Assembly (NCBI GenBank): GCA_964187785.1 | Contig: OZ076409.1 | Location: 91,018,001-91,082,000 of the forward strand | Reading direction: 5' to 3' | DNA from: Amphiscolops sp. MND2022 | Taxonomy: Eukaryota | DNA: 64,000 nucleotides | The notes under the pieces: model-generated | What the model saw: only the letters and a program-made list of their open reading frames with translations | What the model was told of the DNA's origin: nothing | The model's database searches: none | Translations under genes and position numbers: made by a program | In this document: piece after piece, positions 36,189-48,255 of the stretch | Layout: each line of letters opens with the position of its first letter | Position numbering within the stretch: the stretch's first letter is position 1

Positions 36189-39100
36189 TTAGGCTTGTTT
36201 CAGATGTCCAGTTTCAGTTGAGGAATGAGGAGGTGAATTAGCTCGGCACAAGAACAAGAAACATTGCAAGAGATACAAATTGGCAGCGAGAATGGCAGCG
36301 GCGTGGAATCTGAACAAAAAGGCTGAAAAACAGAATACGACACCGATGAAGAAGAAGACATCTAAGCACCTCAGAAGAAACACGTCGCCTTTTGAGTCCA
36401 ACTTTTTAGGCAACGCAATTGATTTTATACTACACGGTGTTTTACATTGAGATATTTGTACAAATGCAGCAGAAACGAAATATATTACACAGCAAAAAAA
36501 GGCTTGCCAAAACGTGGGGTCTTCATTGATGTAATTAACCACACCAATTCTAAAGTCTTTGTATGTGGCGAATAAAAAAGCAAAGTTTGGTAGAGAAAGG
36601 GATGCGCAAAATATAATACCTTGTCCGATGAACCTCAAAGGAAATAGCAGTAATCTATTTTGATTGGCACTAGACTGTTTCCAAGCTACTTTGAACCGAG
36701 TTAAAACGGCAGATAACGACATTCTCCAGCTCAGGTGCTTGAATTTGGGGTCAAAAACGCTTTTGAGAGAGTCCATAGAAAGTTTGAACATTGACACATC
36801 CAGAGGACAACTGTAACTACTGAGTAAGATGAACAAAACTATACTACAGACAGCAGCTGTACTGGGCCAAAAAAGAAGTAAGGTCGAAACAAACACCAAT
36901 TGGAATATTAACCCTGTTGAAGCGAATAGTACATTGAGGAAGTTTTGGGCTCTGGCAAGAAACAGAATAATTCTGGCAATCCTGAACACCAGCTGAAATA
37001 CAACTTGCGCACAAAAATACGCAACTGTCATCACTGTCAGCAAAAACAGTGGATCTTTGAAGTCCAAAATTGATTCATCACTGGCGAATTTGGCATCTTC
37101 TACAATTGAGTTGAACTCTCGTGGCACTTGACTCGCAAGCTCGGAGATGATAGCAGCGGCGACGGCCAAGGAAGAAAGTTTCAGGATGAAGGGAAGAGTT
37201 AGACAGGTGGCGACTAAGTTGGAGGAAAATTGGACTCGAAAGTTTTCGTGAATGGAGATGAGGGAGACTAGAAGGAAGTAGGTCGGCACAGAAGTCACGT
37301 GTGATCTCACGTAGTGCATGAAACCTTCGAGCGGCTGGGATACTGACACATGGACAGCGCAGCCAATGGGTTTAATGATCTCGCCATTTGCCTTCTTGTT
37401 TGGCAGCCATGTTACTACTTTGAAACTAGTCAAACCTGAAAAAATGGACGTTGAAACGAATCTTAAAAGTTGAAACAACAGCGATGATCATTAATATCAA
37501 CAAGATATGCCAAAAATCAGAACTATTAGAGGCAAAATGGGAAAGTTCGAATGATATTGTATACAGAAATGTATGTAGCTTTCTTTTCTAGTGTTTCAAC
37601 TGAAAGTTTCTGATGTAAGCATTTCAAGACATTCAAATTTGTCAAAAACCGAGGAATGCTAATAAGCGTAATGATGTACATGGGCAGCACATTTTCGCTA
37701 AACTTTCTAGTACAAGCAAAGCGACTTCTTGCTTTCAAATTTTATTCATTTATTCATTAGCCCTGGAATATTTTGAGAGTGGTAAACATCAATAAGAATT
37801 AACCCCCAAAACAAGAATTTTCGAAAACCAGCTAACCTTTATAAAGCATATAAGGCACTCTGCCTGTTTCATTGGCGACGGAAAACAAGAAGAAGGCCAC
37901 GTCACAATTCGACGTCACATCGAATTGCGTAACATGAAATGAGTGCTCAAGATCCACGAAGGAGACGAAACCGAACATGACAGCTTCAGAGACAGTGAAA
38001 CGAGATCCCAGCACACTCACACCTTGATGATACTCGTCGGCATTGAAAGCGTACATCAACTCAAACTTCTCCGTGCTCAGATGATTGACCTCAGGCACAC
38101 AAATGGAACTTGTATTCCCTCTGCGAAGACTATCCATGTTCAGCGAGGTGTACTTGTAGGATGGTATTAAAAGTTGGACATTGCCGTTTTCGTTCTTCAC
38201 ACTTTTCTGGAACGGAGGCAAGGAATAGAACACGTGGTTTCCCAGGTTGTTGATTCTACCGTTCTTCAACTTGGAAACGAGATAGTGTGCGTCTACTGCT
38301 GTGGAAAAGTAGTAGAACGTTCGAGATTCAGCGCTAATGGGAATGCAGTTGGAAGTCATCTTTACAGTTACGCTGGCGTCCGAAAGATGAAAGAAACTCT
38401 TTGGGCCTAGAACAATGAAGAAAATAAAATGAGTGTGATTTCAACATTAAACTTGGAAAAATTCATATGTAAATTGGGTGAAAACAGTTGTCGGACTGGG
38501 AAAACGTGAAGCTCTAAGTAACTGAGATTTCAAGCTCAAACTCCTTGAAATACTTAGACAGTATTTTACTCAGACGATTTCACATAGCATTGCACGCCAT
38601 TTCACGGAATATTGACATGATGTCTGCGAAATCATGAAAATGGGACCAAAAAATCAGAGAAAAAATTGAGCGCAGCTTTTCCGTTTCTCCAGTTTTCGTT
38701 TCTGGCCCTTTTATCCCACTGGTATCAACATTGGGTCAAAGCGGCCCCAGCATCTTTTGAAACATGCTGAAATGCATGGAGACACGAGGCGTGCAAAGTT
38801 TTGGTTCAAAGTCCGGAGCCAGTGCGGCGAAGATCAGCAGTTCAAAAATCAAATTGCAAGCCCTGATTGTCTCCTTTCGAACGCGCCATGAATCGTTTGT
38901 CGGACTTGAATAGTTTAGGAGATTTAAAGTTGAAACACCAGATTTTTGGATGGATCCGGAAATGTCCTGGTCCATTTAGGGTTAATTAGTGCACAATTAA
39001 AAACGCACCAGTTTACATGCTTTTGATTCTTCATAATAAGGACCGTACTAGTTTACACCGCCTTTGATTGCAAACATCAACACTAAAACGTGCAATAAGT

Positions 39101-42100
39101 TTTTCATTCTCAATCCAAAAACATTTTTGTTGACAAAAGATGTTGGACAAATCTTGGACTATAAGTTTCGTAACTTCAACAAAAGAAAATACGAGTTGCC
39201 TCTCCAGAGTCGAATTATTTAGAATCGAATATTGCAACTGAACTTTCCAGGGTCGAATTATTTAGAATCGAATTTTACAGGGCCTTATAGAAATGGTACA
39301 ATATGAATTAATTTTTCACTTCTTTCGATCTTAGATAAAATCAACTCACAATTCGATCCTAGATAATTTTGCACGTTTTTCGATCCTACATAATTCGACC
39401 CTACACAGCAATCCCGAAAATACAACTCCCAAGCGTATGTCTGTATTCGTATTTGCATACAGGCGAAGCTCTCGGCTTACGAGTAAGCAATGAAAGCACT
39501 GTCTTTCTGCTCCGGGAATTAACCTAAAGACTTGGAGTAACACTGCCTCATTGATACCAGAATTAAACTATCCAGGTGACGAAATGGAACGATAGAGGTC
39601 TGAGAAAAAAACTAGCGCGGACGATTTCTATAACATTTCAGCTTACGGAGCGCTAATAAAAATGAATGGAAAACGAACCAGAATTTTTGACAATTTGAAA
39701 CTGAAAAATCTTTTCCCTCTGTGACCTTGACTGAATGAACTCTTGTGTATCCCTATCGACCCAGTCGAATATCAACCGTGACAAGATGATACAGGCGGAA
39801 TTGCAGAAGGATGACTCGATGTGGTCAGCAGACTTGTGTGATTTGGCGATCGACTCGAACGAAGTGTGTTTCATGAATTCCGGTTTCATGTCAGCTGCTC
39901 TCAAACGAGCCAAGTGACCAGGTACTAAGAAGTCTCTCCTCCCAGGAGCAAAAGTATAGACGTACCTGAAACAAAAATACAACAAATCGGAATACTAGAG
40001 GTCGAAAGACCAAAGGTCATAAAATCATTAAGTCAAATACCATATGGTCAAATTACCAGACGGTCAAAAAACCAGAGGATTAGGAAACCAATAAAGTAAT
40101 GTACCACGTGAAGTGTGATAATTATTTCTTTCTAAACCGTAAATAAAAAAAGACTCATTCAGAGCTATATTGTTCAATTCTAATTATTTAATTATTGCAA
40201 CTAATGTCTACGACTTGATAAACGTAAATTAGTTAATGGTCTCTTTTAACTGTTATTGCAACACTTTCGATTTTGAAATCAGCGATGTGATTTTTTAGAT
40301 CTGGTAGTTTGTCCCTGTGGTATTTTGACTTGTAACCTCAACGAATACATCCTAAAATGAACATGTCTGATCTTCTTCATAAAGAAGCGAAATTGAGTAT
40401 TTCCAAAAACAACTCACACAAGCTGATGAAAATTACCATCACAATGCTCAATTTTGATGTAGCTGACATCGTTTAGGGCGTCAATACCTCCAAAAAGCTT
40501 TTCAAAAACTGCATGCAAAAAAGACAGAATTCTGGAAAAAATCGGTGCATATCTGCATATCCATTCAAGGTCTACATAACATAGTTTACTAAAAATACAC
40601 AGCGACTTCCGAATTACCCCAAAATGACAATTTGCTTCGATTTGATCTGAAAAAAAAACAACAAAACGTTGCTCATTTCATTCCGGCTACTCGAATGACA
40701 TTAAAAATTGGATATAATCCTGATTTTCAGAAGTAAAATATCAGTAACTTCAACGCCAAAGCTTCAAACACAGAAGTTGAATCTATTTTTCCCAGAACAC
40801 AAGTATGAATATTAGTGAAATAAGGACCTAATTTGAATATTGGTCGAATTCCAGTGCAGAAGTATTGGTTCACCTAGCTGATTGGCTGCTAGAAATACTA
40901 TATTTCAAATATTGGAACGACAAGAAATTAGATTTGGAAGCCTTTACGAGGGCTTCAACAAAACGTTTTAGAATTTCAAGATTTCATTACCCTCTGCTTT
41001 CACCGCTAAAATAACAAAGCATTTAAGTGGAGGCATCCAGTAGAAGAATGTACCTAAAACAAGCCGGGAACGGCATAAGGCGGCGCCCCGGTTAAGGCTC
41101 AAAATAGCAAAAGTACTTCAAAGCGTCAAGAAATTCTTTCCAAACAATTTCACAGAACCGAAAAACCCAAACTACCTTTTCCTAAGGGGCGCATTATTCT
41201 CGAACTTCCGCCTTCTCCTTGATAAAACGGAATTTACTTCGGATATAACGTAGAAAATTCGGATATAGCGCAACATTTTGTCCATATCAGAAACTGCAAC
41301 AATTATAGTACAGTTCACTGGTACATTTGGCCCCTTAAAATTTTGTAGAACTTTTTTGGCCAGTTCGTGCGGATTGGAAAAAAGCCACTATTATAGTCGC
41401 ATTTCACTTCATACACCGCTGACAAAAAATACGGTCCATGTAAACCTTGAAAATATTTCGGAAAGTTGCTAAAAACTAGGCACTTAGACGTTGATAAACG
41501 ACGTTGATAAACGAATATGCGGAATTTGCTAAATACTGAAGTGGTTTGAAACGAAAACTATCTTTCTTCGGTGGTGGTACAATTAGTATAATACGCCAAC
41601 AGCCTAGCTTGGCATTTCAGACACTTTGGAGGTTATTTTGAAAAAGCATTGAAAGAGACAGGTATATTGAATTGGTTGAGAAGTGTCCATTTCTAAAACT
41701 TTACCAGTTGGGCTCTGAAATTTCGAGGTTAGTGTGGAAATGAAACATACTCATCATCAGAAAAAAAAACGTGACTTTCATTCTTTTGTGTTCTAGGGCA
41801 ATAAATACGTGTTCCCAAAGTGGACATTACGCCCAAAATTATACATAAAACAATCTTTCAAATTAATGGGCGTAATGTTTGGGCATAGTGTCCTAGAACC
41901 GAAAAAAAACCATAGAATGAGGATCACGATATTCTGAATTATGGATAATCTACCTCACATCATACTGTTAGTCATACCTATTGGCACTGGGTCCTTTGTT
42001 ATAGTTCTTGTAGAAGGCCTCGACTAGATGGTCAGTGTACACCACAGGCATCAAGTGAGGGGTAGCTAGAGTGATGAGGGTATCGGCCTCAATGCCGAAA

Positions 42101-44159
42101 CAGTCAATAGACTTGGCCACAAGGCCTCCGATCGAGTGCCCGATCAACAGCATCTTTTTGGGCTTTTTGTACATCTTGCTGATTCTGTTAATGCACGCTT
42201 CCACATACTCCTAAATGTACAGTTTCAAAATTCACAATCTTTCGAACAGTGGTGTCTATATTTACCTGTACTAAAATAGGCCCCTGCGGGGCACATTATT
42301 ATTTCTGCTTTTAAGCTTTCATGTTAATAGAAGCATATCTTAATCATTTATATAGCGCACAATTAATCAATCTGCCAGTTTACACCGCATTCTTCTCGGA
42401 CTAAAGAAAATATAACTACTAAGCGTAGACAAAGTTTCACATTCGCATTTGAACGCAGGCGAAGCTCTCGGCGAACGAATAATTAAAACTCGTTCGCTTC
42501 ATCTCAATAACTCGGCGTACGAAAGCATAATTACCACTCGCTCGTTCCATCGCACGAAAAACGAATTGTTGTCAGCAGCTTGAGAAATTTAAATCACACG
42601 CTTACCACACTGCCAAACAAATTGTTAAATTATTCAGTAGGTACTCGAAATTACGACGAAAATTGAACTGAAAAAAATAAATTGTTAAAATTTTAATATT
42701 ATTCCAGCTATCGCAGAAATAAAAATAATCAATCGTTTAAAGGATCCTGTAAAAAAACTTTTATATAAACTAAAAAGAGTTAAATGAAATCCTCTAAAGG
42801 AATGCTTTAAACAACTGATGAAAAAAGTTGGTTGAGTCCATCACAGAGTTGGCCAAAACTTTCGCATATGCAAGACTTCTGTCAATTTTGCCGTCACCCG
42901 GAAACGCTGAACGGTTTTCGAAAGCTGGTAATTTGTCCACAAATAGGCGAAATAGCTTTCTATGCGTAGTTTGAAATTACGTTCAATAGCAAACTAATTT
43001 GAAGAATAAACTTTTGAAAATCCTTTTTTCATTCGTTTGGCTATGAAAATACTTTAAAGGACTTCTATTCTGACACAACGATATTTTAAACTTTAAATAA
43101 TCCTTTTTTGAAAGTTTATATGGACACAATTGCTTTCAGATGACAAACGAGCCACCATCAAAAAAAAGAGGAATACTCTTTGGGCAAAAAATGAAGACAC
43201 ATTTCTTCACACAAAACGCACTTTTTTGCACGGATAATTTTACCGCTAAAACTTTCAAGCTTCCTGAATATTAAATAGTTGGGCCTGAAGAATATCAATT
43301 ATTATATTTGTCACCTATACATTATGTTGGAAATTTTGTAATTGGTTAGCGATTTTCTCAGCGATTGAAATTAGCGGCATCTAATAAATTGTCCAAATTC
43401 AAAGTTTCCTTTGAAAATACACGGAGTTTCAAAATGAATTTCGAAAAATTGCAACTCTTCATCTGTAAAACCCACACAGTATAAAAATTTCTAGTATTTT
43501 TCTTGCAAAAGATTGAATTGTGCTATCATTTAATTTTAAAACATACTTGAAAAAAGGTTTTTCAGCGAAATAGCGGTTTTGAAATTAGCGGTTTAGCGAT
43601 TTGCAGAAAAAAATAGCGATGTCGAAATTGCTGCTGGTTAGTTATATCAATTGCTCACCCTGACTCTGAATAGATAGTGACCAGAGACACCCAATTTCTC
43701 CTCATTGAAGTCAATTGTGAAGTAATCGAAGAGCACCTCCTGAGTGTGACCTCTGTCTTGGACCATGTGTGTCAATATGGAACTAATAGTGCGACCCTGT
43801 TCGTGAAACCCCCCGTTGCCAGGAATAAAAAGAATTGGTACCCCCTCCAAATACTCATTGTTAGTGTACGAGAAATTCCTGTTTTCGTACATCGATTCCG
43901 TGTAAAGTTCGCCCACGATGTACAGTTTGTAGACCGGGAACTTTTTCTCAATTTCAGGGGACAGTTCGATCTTGTAGTAAGATTCCCAATCAGAGACAGA
44001 ACTGTCGCATTTGTTGACGGTAGAAGTGAACTCTTTCCAGTAGGCATAGGCCGACAATCCCAAAAGAGTACCCACAAACAGCAATACCCCCAGAACAGTT
44101 AGAGCGAAGAAGTTTTTGAACCACAGCAATAGGCGAGGTATAACATACCCAGAACACAA
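36189..44159 (-). CDS. PGAP1: GPI inositol-deacylase (PGAP1/Bst1-like), multi-exon
   Basis: N-terminal TM, GVPILFIPGNGG, lipase GHSIGG, ATPH, APGRRDFLV, ADH, then a multi-TM C-terminus. Inferred exons: about 44159-43659, 42210-41978, 40646-40618, 40508-40418, 39965-about 39700, possibly about 39599-39525, 38406-37837, 37435-36189. The start codon and the exon 5/6 junction are unresolved. Confidence 0.82.
41058..41429. mobile_element. Degenerate family A repeat in a PGAP1 intron
   Basis: Starts AACAAGCCGGGAACGGC..GGCGGCGCC..AAGGCTCAAAA. Confidence 0.6.
42273..42724. mobile_element. Helentron-like non-autonomous repeat family B (copies at about 46368-46820 and 51456-52234)
   Basis: Terminal hairpin GCCCC-TGC-GGGGC, subterminal IR TATTTCTGC / GCAGAAATA, A-runs at both flanks. 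Confidence 0.65.
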
Positions 44160-44836
44160 TGAGATACAATATAGTTACACATCAATATTGCACACAAATC
44201 CTCCAAAGTAATTTTCTCTATATTCGATCGATCTTTTGAAGGAACGAAAGCTAGCAAAATTTGACTTGTTTTCTCGAAAAAAAATGAAATGTAATAGCTA
44301 AGTTGGAGATTATTACTCAAAAGATATGACTCCATACCTTTGTTTCTGACGCACTGAATACACGCATGACAAAGACAATCGAAGTTAGAACATCATTGGT
44401 ATGAAAAAAGTACCGTACACAACGAAACTTTCGCATATGCAATGAAAACAAAATGATTGCGCAGTGAAGAAATGCAAATGTTTTCAGTTTTGATTGAAAT
44501 AGTGGAAGCTGCATTGCAATCCCATATAAATTCCCCATGCATGCTTTTAGTGTTTTCTGTTTATCAAAAATTTGGAATGCATGCATGTATGCAACATGGA
44601 AAACTTTCCGGTAGCTTCAACTAGGGATGCGACATACGAAATACATGTTCAAAATTCATTCGGAAAACACATTGCAGAATACACGAAAGAACCCTCTCTA
44701 TTGAATTGCCAATAGAATCCAGTGGTCCATTGGTTTTTACGAAAGAACAATTACATCAAAATCTCAGACAAGATATCTTTCCGAGGCCCACAAAGATATC
44801 GATCAATCAATGATATAAACAATTGCTTTAGTATCG

Positions 44837-46072
44837 AACAAGACGGGAACGTCTCAAGTCGGCGCTATATCTAAGGATCAAAAAGCGCAAAACATTTTTT
44901 TTGGAAAAAAACTTGAAATTTTCGAAAAAACTTTTTCTTTCGGAAAATGTCGCACAGTGCCAAAAAATGTAAAAGGGGGACCCTTTTTGATTTATGAACA
45001 CGCATTCTGTAGCAAAATAACAAAAAACTCAAAGGGGGGACCCTTTGGGGACATTAAAAAAATTTCGAAAAAAAGTCTCACAGTGCCGAAAAAAAATCGA
45101 AAGGAGGGACCCTTTAGTCCCGTCCGGGCTTGTAGGTAACGTTTAAAAAGTAAATGAATGCGCTCCCCGTTTGCCTTTACCGGTACAGTAGTTTAGTACT
45201 GTATTTAGTAGTTGAACGTTAATTTTAACGTTCGTCGCTTCGAGTCTGTCTTAAATAAAAAAAAGAAAAAAAAACAAGTGACTGTAATAGTCGGGCTCTT
45301 TTCTTAAGAAAAGCGCCGACTAAAAACACACTCTGAAAAACTTTCGAGAAAATTTTCCCCAAGGTCAATTCATACGAGACAAGGGGTATTTATCAATGAG
45401 TAAACATCACTGCACAGCATGAAAGAATTCAGTTAGTACAAACGCGCGGTTTTTTGCGTTGAAATCTGAAAACACTTTGAATCTTTTTGACGAAAACGCT
45501 CGAATCATAATGATAGGCAAGAATTGTCAAGAAACAAGCCGGGAACGGAATAAGTGGGTGCCATATCTGAGGCTCAACAAGACGAGAACGCCTCAAGTCG
45601 GCGCTATATCTAAGGCTCAAAAAGCGCAAAACATTTTTTTTTGGAAAAAAACTTGAAATTTTCGAAAAAAAATTCTTTCGGAAAATGTCGGACAGTGCCG
45701 AAAAATGTAAAAGGGGGGACCCTTTTTGATTTATAAACACGCATTCTGTAGCAAAATAACAAAAAACTCAAAGGGGGGACCCTTTGGGGACTAAAAAAAA
45801 TTCGAAAAAAATCTCACAGCGCCGAAAAAAAATCGAAAGGGGGGGGGGGGGTAGGAAACTTTAGTCCCGTCCGGGCTTGTATGTAACGTTTAAAAAGTAA
45901 ATGAATGCGCTCCCCGTTTGCCTTTAGCGGTCCAGTAGTTTAGTACTTATTTAGTGGTTGAACGTTAATTTTAACGTTCGTCGCTTCGAGTCTGTCTTAA
46001 ATAAAAAAAAGAAAAAAAAACAAGTGACTGTAATAGTCGGGCTCTTTTCTTAAGAAAAGCGCCGACTAAAAA
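44837..46072. mobile_element. Two family A repeats (44837-45326, 45576-46072); duplicated at 48933-49423 and 49673-50159
   Basis: Full-length copies of about 490 bp with both diagnostic ends. Confidence 0.8.
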
Positions 46073-48255
46073 CACACTCTGAAAAACTCTTTGTTATAGT
46101 TCTTGTAGAAGGCCTCGACTAGATGGTCAGTGTACACCACAGGCATCAAGTGAGGGGTAGCTAGAGTGATGAGGGTATCGGCCTCAATGCCGAAACAGTC
46201 AATAGACTTGGCCACAAGGCCTCCGATCGAGTGCCCGATCAACAGCATCTTTTTGGGCTTTTTGTACATCTTGCTGATTCTGTTAATGCACGCTTCCACA
46301 TACTCCTAAATGTACAGTTTCAAAATTCACAATCTTTCGAACAGTGGTGTCTATATTTACCTGTACTAAAATAGGCCCCTGCGGGGCACATTATTATTTC
46401 TGCTTTTAAGCTTTCATGTTAATAGAAGCATATCTTAATCATTTATATAGCGCACAATTAATCAATCTGCCAGTTTACACCGCATTCTTCTCGGACTAAA
46501 GAAAATATAACTACTAAGCGTAGACAAAGTTTCACATTCGCATTTGAACGCAGGCGAAGCTCTCGGCGAACGAATAATTAAAACTCGTTCGCTTCATCTC
46601 AATAACTCGGCGTACGAAAGCATAATTACCACTCGCTCGTTCCATCGCACGAAAAACGAATTGTTGTCAGCAGCTTGAGAAATTTAAATCACACGCTTAC
46701 CACACTGCCAAACAAATTGTTAAATTATTCAGTAGGTACTCGAAATTACGACGAAAATTGAACTGAAAAAAATAAATTGTTAAAATTTTAATATTATTCC
46801 AGCTATCGCAGAAATAAAAATAATCAATCGTTTAAAGGATCCTGTAAAAAAACTTTTATATAAACTAAAAAGAGTTAAATGAAATCCTCTAAAGGAATGC
46901 TTTAAACAACTGATGAAAAAAGTTGGTTGAGTCCATCACAGAGTTGGCCAAAACTTTCGCATATGCAAGACTTCTGTCAATTTTGCCGTCACCCGGAAAC
47001 GCTGAACGGTTTTCGAAAGCTGGTAATTTGTCCACAAATAGGCGAAATAGCTTTCTATGCGTAGTTTGAAATTACGTTCAATAGCAAACTAATTTGAAGA
47101 ATAAACTTTTGAAAATCCTTTTTTCATTCGTTTGGCTATGAAAATACTTTAAAGGACTTCTATTCTGACACAACGATATTTTAAACTTTAAATAATCCTT
47201 TTTTGAAAGTTTATATGGACACAATTGCTTTCAGATGACAAACGAGCCACCATCAAAAAAAAGAGGAATACTCTTTGGGCAAAAAATGAAGACACATTTC
47301 TTCACACAAAACGCACTTTTTTGCACGGATAATTTTACCGCTAAAACTTTCAAGCTTCCTGAATATTAAATAGTTGGGCCTGAAGAATATCAATTATTAT
47401 ATTTGTCACCTATACATTATGTTGGAAATTTTGTAATTGGTTAGCGATTTTCTCAGCGATTGAAATTAGCGGCATCTAATAAATTGTCCAAATTCAAAGT
47501 TTCCTTTGAAAATACACGGAGTTTCAAAATGAATTTCGAAAAATTGCAACTCTTCATCTGTAAAACCCACACAGTATAAAAATTTCTAGTATTTTTCTTG
47601 CAAAAGATTGAATTGTGCTATCATTTAATTTTAAAACATACTTGAAAAAAAGGTTTTTCAGCGAAATAGCGGTTTTGAAATTAGCGGTTTAGCGATTTGC
47701 AGAAAAAAATAGCGATGTCGAAATTGCTGCTGGTTAGTTATATCAATTGCTCACCCTGACTCTGAATAGATAGTGACCAGAGACACCCAATTTCTCCTCA
47801 TTGAAGTCAATTGTGAAGTAATCGAAGAGCACCTCCTGAGTGTGACCTCTGTCTTGGACCATGTGTGTCAATATGGAACTAATAGTGCGACCCTGTTCGT
47901 GAAACCCCCCGTTGCCAGGAATAAAAAGAATTGGTACCCCCTCCAAATACTCATTGTTAGTGTACGAGAAATTCCTGTTTTCGTACATCGATTCCGTGTA
48001 AAGTTCGCCCACGATGTACAGTTTGTGGACCGGGAACTTTTTCTCAATTTCAGGGGACAGTTCGATCTTGTAGTAAGATTCCCAATCAGAGACAGAACTG
48101 TCGCATTTGTTGACGGTAGAAGTGAACTCTTTCCAGTAGGCATAGGCCGACAATCCCAAAAGAGTACCCACAAACAGCAATACCCCCAGAACAGTTAGAG
48201 CGAAGAAGTTTTTGAACCACAGCAATAGGCGAGGTATAACATACCCAGAACACAA
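46066..48255 (-). pseudogene. Partial duplicate of PGAP1 exons 1-2, truncated at the duplication junction
   Basis: Exon 1 is identical except one Y to H change. Exon 2 loses its splice donor at 46089 and ends KEFFRVCF-stop. Confidence 0.75.
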
